This document shows, piece by piece, positions 18,889 to 26,583 of a stretch of 64,000 nucleotides of DNA (positions within the stretch are counted from its first letter, which is position 1; each line of letters opens with the position of its first letter). The notes beneath the pieces were generated by a model that was given only the letters and a program-made list of their open reading frames with translations, had not been told where the DNA came from and did no database searches. Source of the stretch: Spirochaetia bacterium (GTDB taxonomy: Bacteria; Spirochaetota; Spirochaetia; SZUA-6; Bin103); NCBI GenBank assembly GCA_965203515.1, contig OZ241907.1, positions 1,568,001 through 1,632,000 on the forward strand, in the 5' to 3' direction. The position numbers and the translations under genes were made by a program.

Positions 18889-19814
18889 GTGAGCCGCACT
18901 CCCGCAAGGCCGCCGTAGCCGTTGGCGAACGACTTCCAGTCGATCGCGCGCCGCCCCTCGAGCTGCAGCTCCGTGACGCCCAGCGTGCCCCGCGCGGCGT
19001 GTATCAGGATCCCGCGGTCGCCGTCCACGCCGGCGATCTGCCCGGGCGGACCGTCCGACCGATCGGAGACCGGACGCGCCGCCCGCAGGTTGAGCCGCCG
19101 GCCGTCCAGGCGGCAGTAGGCGCGCGGCCACGGGTCATAGGCGCGGACCATCCGCTCGACCGCGGTCGCGTCGTGACGGTTCCAGTCGATCCGGCCGTCG
19201 GCCGTGCTCACCTTCGCGCAGCGGGTCGCCTGCTCCTCGACCTGCGCGGTCTCTTCGACTTCGCCGCGGGTCATGCCGGCCAGCACCTCCACCAGCAGCT
19301 CGGCGCCCGCCGCCGCCAGCGCCTCGCTCAGCCGCCCTGCGGTCTCGGTGCCGTCGAGGGGGTGGACGCGCCGGCCCAGGATCGGCCCCGCATCGACACG
19401 CCGCACCACCCGCTGGATCGTCACGCCGGTCTGCCGGTCGCCGGCGAGGATGGCCGCCGGTATCGGCGCCGCGCCGCGAAAGCGCGGCAGCAGCGACGGA
19501 TGCACGTTCACCGCGCCGAGCGCGAACCGGTCCAGAAAGCGCTGCGTGAAGATCACGCCACAGGCGGCCACCGCCAGCAGATCGGCGCGCAGGCCGGCGA
19601 TCCGCCGCAGCGCGGCGTCATCGAGCCGCTCGGGAGCGATCACGGGCAGCCCGCGGCGGGCCGCCTCCTGCCGTACCGGGGCCGGGATGAGTCGCCGGCC
19701 GCGCCCCGCCGGCCGGTCCGGAGCCGTGAGCACGCCGCAGACCTCGAACCGGTCCGCCAGCGCGGCCAGCGATGGCACGGCGAAGCGGGGCGTACCGGCG
19801 AACAGCACGCGCAC
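18885..19814 (-). CDS. fmt: Methionyl-tRNA formyltransferase
   Basis: FAGTPRFA, PDRPAGRG, NVHPSLLPRFRGAAPI. Confidence 0.96.
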   Translation of the reverse strand: MRVLFAGTPRFAVPSLAALADRFEVCGVLTAPDRPAGRGRRLIPAPVRQEAARRGLPVIAPERLDDAALRRIAGLRADLLAVAACGVIFTQRFLDRFALGAVNVHPSLLPRFRGAAPIPAAILAGDRQTGVTIQRVVRRVDAGPILGRRVHPLDGTETAGRLSEALAAAGAELLVEVLAGMTRGEVEETAQVEEQATRCAKVSTADGRIDWNRHDATAVERMVRAYDPWPRAYCRLDGRRLNLRAARPVSDRSDGPPGQIAGVDGDRGILIHAARGTLGVTELQLEGRRAIDWKSFANGYGGLAGVRLT

Positions 19815-19823
19815 GGTGGTCGG

Positions 19824-20294
19824 CTAGCCGCGGTATTCGGCGAGCAGCGCGTCGCGCTGCCGCTTGTCGAGGTGGTCGATGAACAGCACGCCGTTCAGGT
19901 GGTCGATCTCATGCTGTATCGCCCGCGCCAGCAGACCGCTGGCATTCAGCCGGAAGGTGCGCCCGTTCAGGCCGGTCGCCTGGACCGACACGCGGGCCGA
20001 TCGGGTCACGTCGGCGTGTACGCCGGGGATGCTCAGACAGCCTTCCTCGGCGGTCTCCTGCTCGATCGAGGTCTCGACGATCTCGGGATTGACGTAGACG
20101 CGCTCGCGGTCGTCCTTGACGTTGGTGACGAAGACGCGCAGCGGGCGGCCGACCTGCACGGCCGCCAGGCCGATGCCATCCTGGTCATACATCGTCTCGA
20201 ACATCCGTCGCACCAGGTCGCGCACCGCGGCGGGATCGGTCAGCTCCGACCGCGCCCGCAGGCGGCGGTCGCCCAGCGTGATCACCGGCAGCAT
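19824..20294 (-). CDS. def: Peptide deformylase
   Basis: GIGLAAVQ, EGCLSIP, QHEIDHLNG. Confidence 0.97.
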   Translation of the reverse strand: MLPVITLGDRRLRARSELTDPAAVRDLVRRMFETMYDQDGIGLAAVQVGRPLRVFVTNVKDDRERVYVNPEIVETSIEQETAEEGCLSIPGVHADVTRSARVSVQATGLNGRTFRLNASGLLARAIQHEIDHLNGVLFIDHLDKRQRDALLAEYRG

Positions 20295-20303
20295 CCGCCG
20301 ATC

Positions 20304-22274
20304 TTACAGCACGGCCACGGGGTCGGGATCGATCTCCAGGTGCACGCCCGGCTCCAGCCGCAGCCGGTTCAGACGGCGCCGCACCGCGGTCAGGACGGGA
20401 CGGAGCGCCGGCGCGCGCAGCAGCAGGTGGTGGCGATGGTTGTGCGCCACCTTGGCGATCGGACAGGGAGCCGGCCCCAGGAGATCGGCGCCGGCGGCGG
20501 CCATCTCCGGCTCGGCGGCCAGCACCGCGGCCAACCGCTCGACGGCGTCGGTGACCTTGCCTTCGTCCCGCCCCCGCACGACCATCCGCAGCAGGCGCAC
20601 GAACGGCGGAAAGCGCTGCTCGCGGCGCACGGCCAACTCCTCATCCATGAACTCCGCGACCTGTCCGGCGGCGGCGCAGGCGATCGGCGCGGCGTGCGGA
20701 TGCGCGCTCTGGATGAACACCTCGCCATCGGGGGCGGCGCGGCCGGCGCGGCCGGCCACCTGCACCAGCAACGCGAAGGTCCGTTCCGCGGCGCGGAAGT
20801 CGGGCAGGCGCAACGACGTGTCCGCGTCGACGACGCCGACCAGCTTGACCCCCGGCAGGTCCAGACCCTTGGCGACCATCTGCGTCCCGACCAGCACGTC
20901 GATACCGCCGTCGCGCAGCCCGGCCAGCAGCTCCGCGAACGTGCCGCGCCCCCGTACCGAGTCGGCGTCCGCGCGCGCGATGCGCGCGTCCGGCAGCACG
21001 CGCCGCAGCTCGGCCTCTACCCGTTGCGTCCCGAACCCCGCGTACCGGACGTCGAGCGAACGGCACTCGGGACACGCCTGCAGCGGCCGGGTCCGGTACC
21101 CGCAGTAGTGGCAGACGAGCGCCTGCGACGGGCGGTGCAGCGTCAGCGTCACCGAGCACCGCGCGCACGTCATCGCGTAATCGCAGGAACGGCAGTGGAA
21201 GTAGTGGGAAAATCCCCGGCGGTTCAGGAACAGAATGCTCTGCCGGCCCTCGGCGCGCACGCGGCGCAGCGCATCGGTCAGCTCGGGGCCGAGCACGCCG
21301 CGGCGCGGACCGCTCGGCACCAGGCGCACGCGCGGCGGCGCGCCGCCACCTACCCGCCGCGGCAGATCATAGCGCCGGATCACGCCGGACCGCATGCGCA
21401 GGAACGCCTCCGCCGACGGCGTGGCGCTCCCCATGATCAGGCGCGCCCCGGCCACGCGGCAGCGGTGCGCCGCCACCTGCCGGGCGTGATAGCGGGGACT
21501 GGCCGACGACTTGTAGGACCCGTCATGTTCCTCGTCGATGACGATCAGGCCGAGCCCGCGCACCGGGGCGAGCCCGCGCACCGGGGCGAACACCGCGCTG
21601 CGCGCGCCGACGGCGATGCGGGCGCTTCCCTGCTGGAGGCGCCGCCACTCGGCGAGCCGCTGCGATGGCGTCAGCCCGGAGTGAATCACCGCCACCAGCG
21701 CGCCGAACGCCGCCCCGAAGGCGGCGACCACCTGGTGGGTCAGGCCGATCTCGGGCACCAGGTAGATCACCGACCGGCCCTCGGACAGGGTGCTGCGCGC
21801 CGCCTCCAGAAAGACCGCCGTCTTGCCCGAGCCGGTCACCCCGAACAGGTACGAGGTGCCGTCCGGCCGGCGCAGGATGCCGTCGAGCGCGGCGCGTTGC
21901 GCCGGCGTCAGCGCGTGCGAGCCGGCGGTCGCCGGTTGCACCGCGTCCTGCAACGGCGACTCGCGCCGGCCGCCGGGGACGATCGCCGCCAGCGCCTCGC
22001 CGAGCGAGCAGAGGTAGGTCTCCGCGATCCAGCGCGCCAGGGCGAGCAGGTCGCCGTCGACCAGCGGCTCGCCGTCGACGATACGGGACAGCGGCCGAGG
22101 CTCGACGCCCGGCGGCGGCCGATCCGCGGCCGCCACGATGAACCCGGTCAGCGTGCGGCGGCCGAACGGCGCGGTGGCGCGGGCGCCGACCGGCGCGGCG
22201 CCGCCGTCCGGGACCCGATAGGTGAACCGCTTGTCGATCGGGAGATCGAACGCCAGGTCGACGAACCGGGCCAC
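20304..22274 (-). CDS. priA: Replication restart helicase PriA
   Basis: GVTGSGKT, LVPEIGLT, DEEH, SATPS, four CxxC, GTQMVAKG, QVAGRAGR. Confidence 0.96.
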   Translation of the reverse strand: MARFVDLAFDLPIDKRFTYRVPDGGAAPVGARATAPFGRRTLTGFIVAAADRPPPGVEPRPLSRIVDGEPLVDGDLLALARWIAETYLCSLGEALAAIVPGGRRESPLQDAVQPATAGSHALTPAQRAALDGILRRPDGTSYLFGVTGSGKTAVFLEAARSTLSEGRSVIYLVPEIGLTHQVVAAFGAAFGALVAVIHSGLTPSQRLAEWRRLQQGSARIAVGARSAVFAPVRGLAPVRGLGLIVIDEEHDGSYKSSASPRYHARQVAAHRCRVAGARLIMGSATPSAEAFLRMRSGVIRRYDLPRRVGGGAPPRVRLVPSGPRRGVLGPELTDALRRVRAEGRQSILFLNRRGFSHYFHCRSCDYAMTCARCSVTLTLHRPSQALVCHYCGYRTRPLQACPECRSLDVRYAGFGTQRVEAELRRVLPDARIARADADSVRGRGTFAELLAGLRDGGIDVLVGTQMVAKGLDLPGVKLVGVVDADTSLRLPDFRAAERTFALLVQVAGRAGRAAPDGEVFIQSAHPHAAPIACAAAGQVAEFMDEELAVRREQRFPPFVRLLRMVVRGRDEGKVTDAVERLAAVLAAEPEMAAAGADLLGPAPCPIAKVAHNHRHHLLLRAPALRPVLTAVRRRLNRLRLEPGVHLEIDPDPVAVL

Positions 22275-22276
22275 GC

Positions 22277-22993
22277 TCAGGCCTCGTCGAGAAAGGCGCG
22301 CAGCTTTCTCAGATCCTCCCAGACCGGCGCCCGCAACGACGGATCGCGCAGCACGGCGCTGGGATGGTAGGTCACGAACAGCGGGCGGCCGCGGTGCTCG
22401 TATCGGCCGGAGCGGTGCGCGGCCAGCGGGCGGGTCACGCCGAGCAGGTGATCGGCGGCGACCCGGCCCACGGCGAGCAGCGCGCGCGGCCGCAGCAGGT
22501 CGATCTGCCGCGCCAGGTACGGCAGGCAGGCGGCGACCTCGTCCGGGCCGGGATCGCGGTTGCCGGGCGGCCGGCACTTGACGACGTTGGCGATGAAGCA
22601 GTTCTCGCGGCGGTCGAGCCGGATCGCCGCCAGCCAGCGGTCGAGGTAGCGGCCCGCGGGCCCCACGAACGGCCGGCCGCTGCGGTCCTCGGCCGCGCCC
22701 GGCCCCTCACCGATCACCATCACCGCCGGGTCGGGAACTCCCTCGCCGGGGACCGTGTTGGCGCGCCCTGCGCACAACCCGCAGAGCCGGCAACCGGCCA
22801 CCTCGGCCGCGACGCGGCTCAGGCTCTCCCGGCCCGCATCGGCCTCCGGCTGCGGACCAGCGGGCGGCTGCGGAGCAGCGGACGGCCGGCGCAGAGCGGG
22901 GACGGCGTACTCGCGCTCGCCGCGCGTCTGGCCGTCGAAGTAGTCCTCGGTCAGCCGCAGCAGCCGCCAGTACGCCGCGCGCAGGTCGCTCAT
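22277..22993 (-). CDS. Uracil-DNA glycosylase family 4
   Basis: CRLCGLC, GEGPG, GRPFVG, NVVKCRPP, YHPS. Confidence 0.93.
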   Translation of the reverse strand: MSDLRAAYWRLLRLTEDYFDGQTRGEREYAVPALRRPSAAPQPPAGPQPEADAGRESLSRVAAEVAGCRLCGLCAGRANTVPGEGVPDPAVMVIGEGPGAAEDRSGRPFVGPAGRYLDRWLAAIRLDRRENCFIANVVKCRPPGNRDPGPDEVAACLPYLARQIDLLRPRALLAVGRVAADHLLGVTRPLAAHRSGRYEHRGRPLFVTYHPSAVLRDPSLRAPVWEDLRKLRAFLDEA

Positions 22994-23856
22994 CGGCCCG
23001 CTGCGCCGCCGGTGCCGGCCGCTCCTGCTGCCGCAGGAGCGCCGCGATCGCCCTGGTACGCAAGCGCGCCGAACGGCGGCGGCTCTCCGGCGTACCAGAC
23101 CCGGTCCAGGAACAGTCCCCAGGCCGGCGCGGTCTGCCCGACCCGCTCCCGGCGCGGCTCCGCCAGCAGCTCGGCCATGCGCGCTCCGGGAGCGGCGGCG
23201 TCGGCCCCGCACTCGGCCTCCAGCGCCAGCATGGCGCCGACCAGGCTGCGCACCATCTTCCACAGAAACGACCGGGCGGCGATGCGGAACACGATCAGCG
23301 GCCCCTCCGCAAAGAACGACGCCTGCTCCACGCGCCGCACCGCCGCCCCGGACGCGCCGGCGGCGGCGAACGCCGTGAAGTCATGCTCGCCCACGATCGC
23401 CGCCGCCATCCGGTTGAGCGCCTGCAGGCGGAGCGCGCGGCGCACCCAGAGCGTGTACCGCCGCAGATGCGGGAGCTGCCGGCCCGGCAACAACTGGTAG
23501 CGGTACACCCGCAGCAGCGCCGAGCGCCGCGCGTCGAACCGGTCGGCGGCGCCGGCCGCGTCGATCACCCGCACGTCGCCCGGCAGGAACGAGTTGAGAG
23601 CGCGCGGCAGCACCGCCGGCGTGAGGCTGTCGATCCCGGTGCGGAAGCTCGCCACCTGCCCCAGCGCGTGCACGCCGGCGTCGGTGCGGCCGGCGGCGGT
23701 GACCCGCACGCGATGGCCGTGCATACGCGCCAGCGCCCCTTCCAGCACGCCCTGCACGGTGCGCTGCGCATCCTGTATCTGCCAACCGGCAAAGTCGGTG
23801 CCGTCGTAGGCGACCGTCACGCGCATGGTGCGTTGCAAAGCCGCAGGACCGATCAA
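22990..23856 (-). CDS. truA: tRNA pseudouridine(38-40) synthase
   Basis: YDGTDFAGWQ, GRTDAGVHA, FLWKMVR; start may be ATG 23826. Confidence 0.95.
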   Translation of the reverse strand: MIGPAALQRTMRVTVAYDGTDFAGWQIQDAQRTVQGVLEGALARMHGHRVRVTAAGRTDAGVHALGQVASFRTGIDSLTPAVLPRALNSFLPGDVRVIDAAGAADRFDARRSALLRVYRYQLLPGRQLPHLRRYTLWVRRALRLQALNRMAAAIVGEHDFTAFAAAGASGAAVRRVEQASFFAEGPLIVFRIAARSFLWKMVRSLVGAMLALEAECGADAAAPGARMAELLAEPRRERVGQTAPAWGLFLDRVWYAGEPPPFGALAYQGDRGAPAAAGAAGTGGAAGR

Positions 23857-24245
23857 ACGCCGGCGCGCGGCGCGTTGCCCTGGATGATCACCACCGCGAT
23901 GGCCGCTTCCTCCTCATGCGACAGCGAGATCAGCACGTCCGTGCCTCCGGCCGCCGCCAGCGCCTTGCGGGCCGTGCCGATCGCCCGCAACACCGGCCGG
24001 CCGGCCGGGCCGTTGGTCACGACGATGTCGCGCAGCGCCATGCCGCGCATGCCGGACCCCAGCGCCTTGCCGAACGCCTCCTTGGCCGCGAACCGGGCCG
24101 CCAGCGACAGCAGCCCGCCGTCTCCCTTGGCGCGGCACTCCGCCAGCTCGTCGGGGTGGTAGAACCGCTCGAACAGGCGGGGCGATTCCTGCCAGCGGCG
24201 CAGCCGCCGCGGGTGGACCACGTCGATTCCCAATCCCAGGATCAC
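23853..24245 (-). CDS. acpS: Holo-ACP synthase
   Basis: GLGIDVV, AARFAAKEAFGKALG, ISLSHE; GTGA overlap with folP stop. Confidence 0.95.
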   Translation of the reverse strand: MILGLGIDVVHPRRLRRWQESPRLFERFYHPDELAECRAKGDGGLLSLAARFAAKEAFGKALGSGMRGMALRDIVVTNGPAGRPVLRAIGTARKALAAAGGTDVLISLSHEEEAAIAVVIIQGNAPRAGV

Positions 24246-25150
24246 CGGATCGTCCCCCTCCTCACCGCCGCCAGCAGCCGGACGGTATCGACGGCGGCAG
24301 CCACATCGTGCACGCGAATGATATCGGCCCCGGCGGCCAGGGCAAGGCACCCGGCGGCGATCGTGGCCGCCTGCCGGCCGTCCACCGGCCGGTCCCCCAG
24401 GACCTTGCCGAGAAACGACTTGTGGGACAGTCCCAGCAGCACGGGGCGGCCCATCCGGCGAAACGCGCCGACCTCGCGGAGGATCGTCAGGTTGTCCTCC
24501 ACCCGCTTGCCGAAGCCGATGCCGGGATCGACGATGATCTGGCGCTCGCGTACGCCGGCCGCCAGCGCCCGATCGATCGCCCGCCGCAGTTCGGCGATGA
24601 CCTCTTCGATCACCGCGTGGTAGTGCGGGGCGCGCTGCATGGTCCTGGGGGTGCCGCGCATGTGCATCAGCACCACGGGGACGCCGCGCTCGGCGGCCAG
24701 CGCCCGCATGGCGGGGTCCGCCAACGCGGAGACGTCGTTGATCAGATCGGCCCCGGCGTCCAGGGCGCGCTCGGCCACCGCCGGCTTCCGGGTGTCGATC
24801 GAGATGGCGACCCCGGAAGCGGCGCGCAGCCGCTCGATGACCGGCACCACGCGGCCGCATTCGTCGCCGGCGTCGACCGGCTCCGATCCCGGCCGCGTCG
24901 ACTCGCCGCCGATGTCGACGATCGCCGCGCCGCGCGCCGCCATCGTCAGCGCCTGCCGGCACGCCTCGCCGGCCGACGCGTACCGGCTGGCGGGGAAGAA
25001 CGAATCCGGCGTGCGGTTGATCACGCCCATGACCGCCTTGCGCCGCAGGTCCAGGATGCGTCCGCCGCCGGTCGCCTCCTCCGTCGAGTCGGCCCCGTGC
25101 CAGAGCAACCGCACGGGTTCGGCCGGCGATTCACGATGGACCGACATCAC
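24242..25150 (-). CDS. folP: Dihydropteroate synthase
   Basis: MGVINRTPDSF, DIGGESTRPG, DPGIGFGK, IIRVHDV. Confidence 0.96.
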   Translation of the reverse strand: MMSVHRESPAEPVRLLWHGADSTEEATGGGRILDLRRKAVMGVINRTPDSFFPASRYASAGEACRQALTMAARGAAIVDIGGESTRPGSEPVDAGDECGRVVPVIERLRAASGVAISIDTRKPAVAERALDAGADLINDVSALADPAMRALAAERGVPVVLMHMRGTPRTMQRAPHYHAVIEEVIAELRRAIDRALAAGVRERQIIVDPGIGFGKRVEDNLTILREVGAFRRMGRPVLLGLSHKSFLGKVLGDRPVDGRQAATIAAGCLALAAGADIIRVHDVAAAVDTVRLLAAVRRGTIR

Positions 25151-25175
25151 AGCCAGTCGGGACGAGTGGCGAGCG

Positions 25176-25265
25176 CTAGCCCTTCTTGTGGCGATTCTTG
25201 CGCAGCTTCTTCTTTCGTTTGTGCGTAGCGATCTTGTGCCGCTTGCGTTTACGACCGCAAGGCAT
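25176..25265 (-). CDS. Small basic ribosomal protein, bS22/mS38 (AURKAIP1/COX24)-like, 29 aa
   Basis: MPCGRKRKRHKIATHKRKKKLRKNRHKKG*; AGGAG SD; TGATG overlap with miaA; absent from the ORF track. Confidence 0.88.
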   Translation of the reverse strand: MPCGRKRKRHKIATHKRKKKLRKNRHKKG

Positions 25266-26251
25266 CAGCGCTCCTGTTGCAGTGTGTCAGTGGCGAGAGT
25301 ATCGGCATCATGCCGGCCGTTGTCAACCGATCGATGCGCGGTCGAGCCGTCGATCAGCGCCCGCAACGTACGGCGATCATCGGCGGCGATCCACCGCACG
25401 CCCGGCAGCGACCGAAAGAAGGTCATCTGACGCTTGGCGTAGCGGCGCGTGCTCCGCTTGATGGCGTCCCACACCTGCGGAGACGCCGCTCCTGCCGCTG
25501 CCGCCAGCTCCCGGTAGCCGATGCCGCGCAACCCCGGGCAACCCGGCCCATAGCCGCGCGTCAACAGCTCCCGCACCTCTTGAGCCAGTCCGGCAGCGCG
25601 CATCGCCTCCACGCGCGCGTCGATGCGCCGGACCAGCTCCGCACGCGGGCGCTGCAGCCCGATCAGCCGGAACCGGCCGGGGTCGGCGGGGCGGTCCGGC
25701 ACGTGAAACGAAGAGAGCGGCCGGCCGGCGGCGGCCAGCACCTCCAGGGCGCGCATGATCCGGTAGGAGTCGTTCGCGTGGATGCGCCGCGCCGACTCCG
25801 GGTCCGCCGCCTCCAGCTCGCGGCGCAACGCCTCCCTGCCTTCGGCGCGCAGGCGCCGGGTCAGACCGGCGCGGATGGCCGGATCGCCGCGCGGCGACTC
25901 CGGCAGTCCGCAGACCAGCGAGCGGAGGTAGTACGCGCACCCGCCGACGACCAGCGCGCGCCGGCCGCGGGCGGCGATGTCGGCCAGCGCGCGCTCCGCG
26001 CGGCGGACGAAGCGGCCGGCGTCGAACTGTTCGCCGGGATCGGCGATGTCGATCAGATGATGGCGGCAGCGTTCGCGCTCGGCGGGCGTCGGCTTGGCGG
26101 TGCCGATGTCCAGACGGCGGTAGACCTGCAAGGCATCGGCGATGACGACCTCGTCGAGCGGGCCGGCCACCGCGCCGACCGCCGCCGACTTGCCGACCGC
26201 GGTCGGTCCGAAGATCACCGGGATCGCCCGGCGGCGACAGGGCACGCCCAC
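25265..26251 (-). CDS. miaA: tRNA dimethylallyltransferase
   Basis: GPTAVGKS, DALQVYR.LDIGTAKP, TRRYAKRQMTFF. Confidence 0.96.
   Translation of the reverse strand: MGVPCRRRAIPVIFGPTAVGKSAAVGAVAGPLDEVVIADALQVYRRLDIGTAKPTPAERERCRHHLIDIADPGEQFDAGRFVRRAERALADIAARGRRALVVGGCAYYLRSLVCGLPESPRGDPAIRAGLTRRLRAEGREALRRELEAADPESARRIHANDSYRIMRALEVLAAAGRPLSSFHVPDRPADPGRFRLIGLQRPRAELVRRIDARVEAMRAAGLAQEVRELLTRGYGPGCPGLRGIGYRELAAAAGAASPQVWDAIKRSTRRYAKRQMTFFRSLPGVRWIAADDRRTLRALIDGSTAHRSVDNGRHDADTLATDTLQQER
25298..25326 (-). promoter_or_regulatory. Sigma70-type promoter for the bS22-like gene, inside the miaA 3' end
   Basis: TTGACA-17 nt-GATACT. Confidence 0.7.
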
Positions 26252-26282
26252 CGGCGGCTGCGCGGCGGCTTCTTCGGGGCTG

Positions 26283-26507
26283 CTACGGCCCCTGTTCCGA
26301 CTCCTGGTCGATCTCCGTGCGCTCTATCTCGTAGCGGACCTTCCGGGTCAGGATCTGCTTGACGGCGGTGGAGACGACCTTGCCGCCGTTGGCCTCCACG
26401 TCCTCATCGGCGGCAAGGCTGAGCTGATTGGCGCGGCGGATGGCGGCCGAGCAGAGCTCGTAACGGTTCGAGTCATCGGCTATCAGGAGATCGAGTGGCA
26501 GAACCAT
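26283..26507 (-). CDS. rpoZ: RNA polymerase omega subunit
   Basis: MVLPLDLL...NRYELCSAAIRRA...GKVVSTA; TTGCCC-17-TACGTT promoter 7 nt before ATG; position next to miaA. Confidence 0.85.
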   Translation of the reverse strand: MVLPLDLLIADDSNRYELCSAAIRRANQLSLAADEDVEANGGKVVSTAVKQILTRKVRYEIERTEIDQESEQGP

Positions 26508-26544
26508 AGTCGGTAACGTAGGGCATTCGGCCGCAACGGGCAAA

Positions 26545-26562
26545 CCGGCAGGCCACTGCCGG
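26545..26562 (-). terminator. Possible weak terminator hairpin after the repeat lipoprotein gene
   Basis: CCGGCAG-N4-CTGCCGG followed by TTTG on the minus strand. Confidence 0.4.
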
Positions 26563-26583
26563 CAAGGCAGACGGGGACTCCGG

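Noticed and set aside
18873..22370. 1165-aa plus-strand ORF
   Set aside because: Antisense shadow of fmt-def-priA in high-GC DNA; no recognisable motifs
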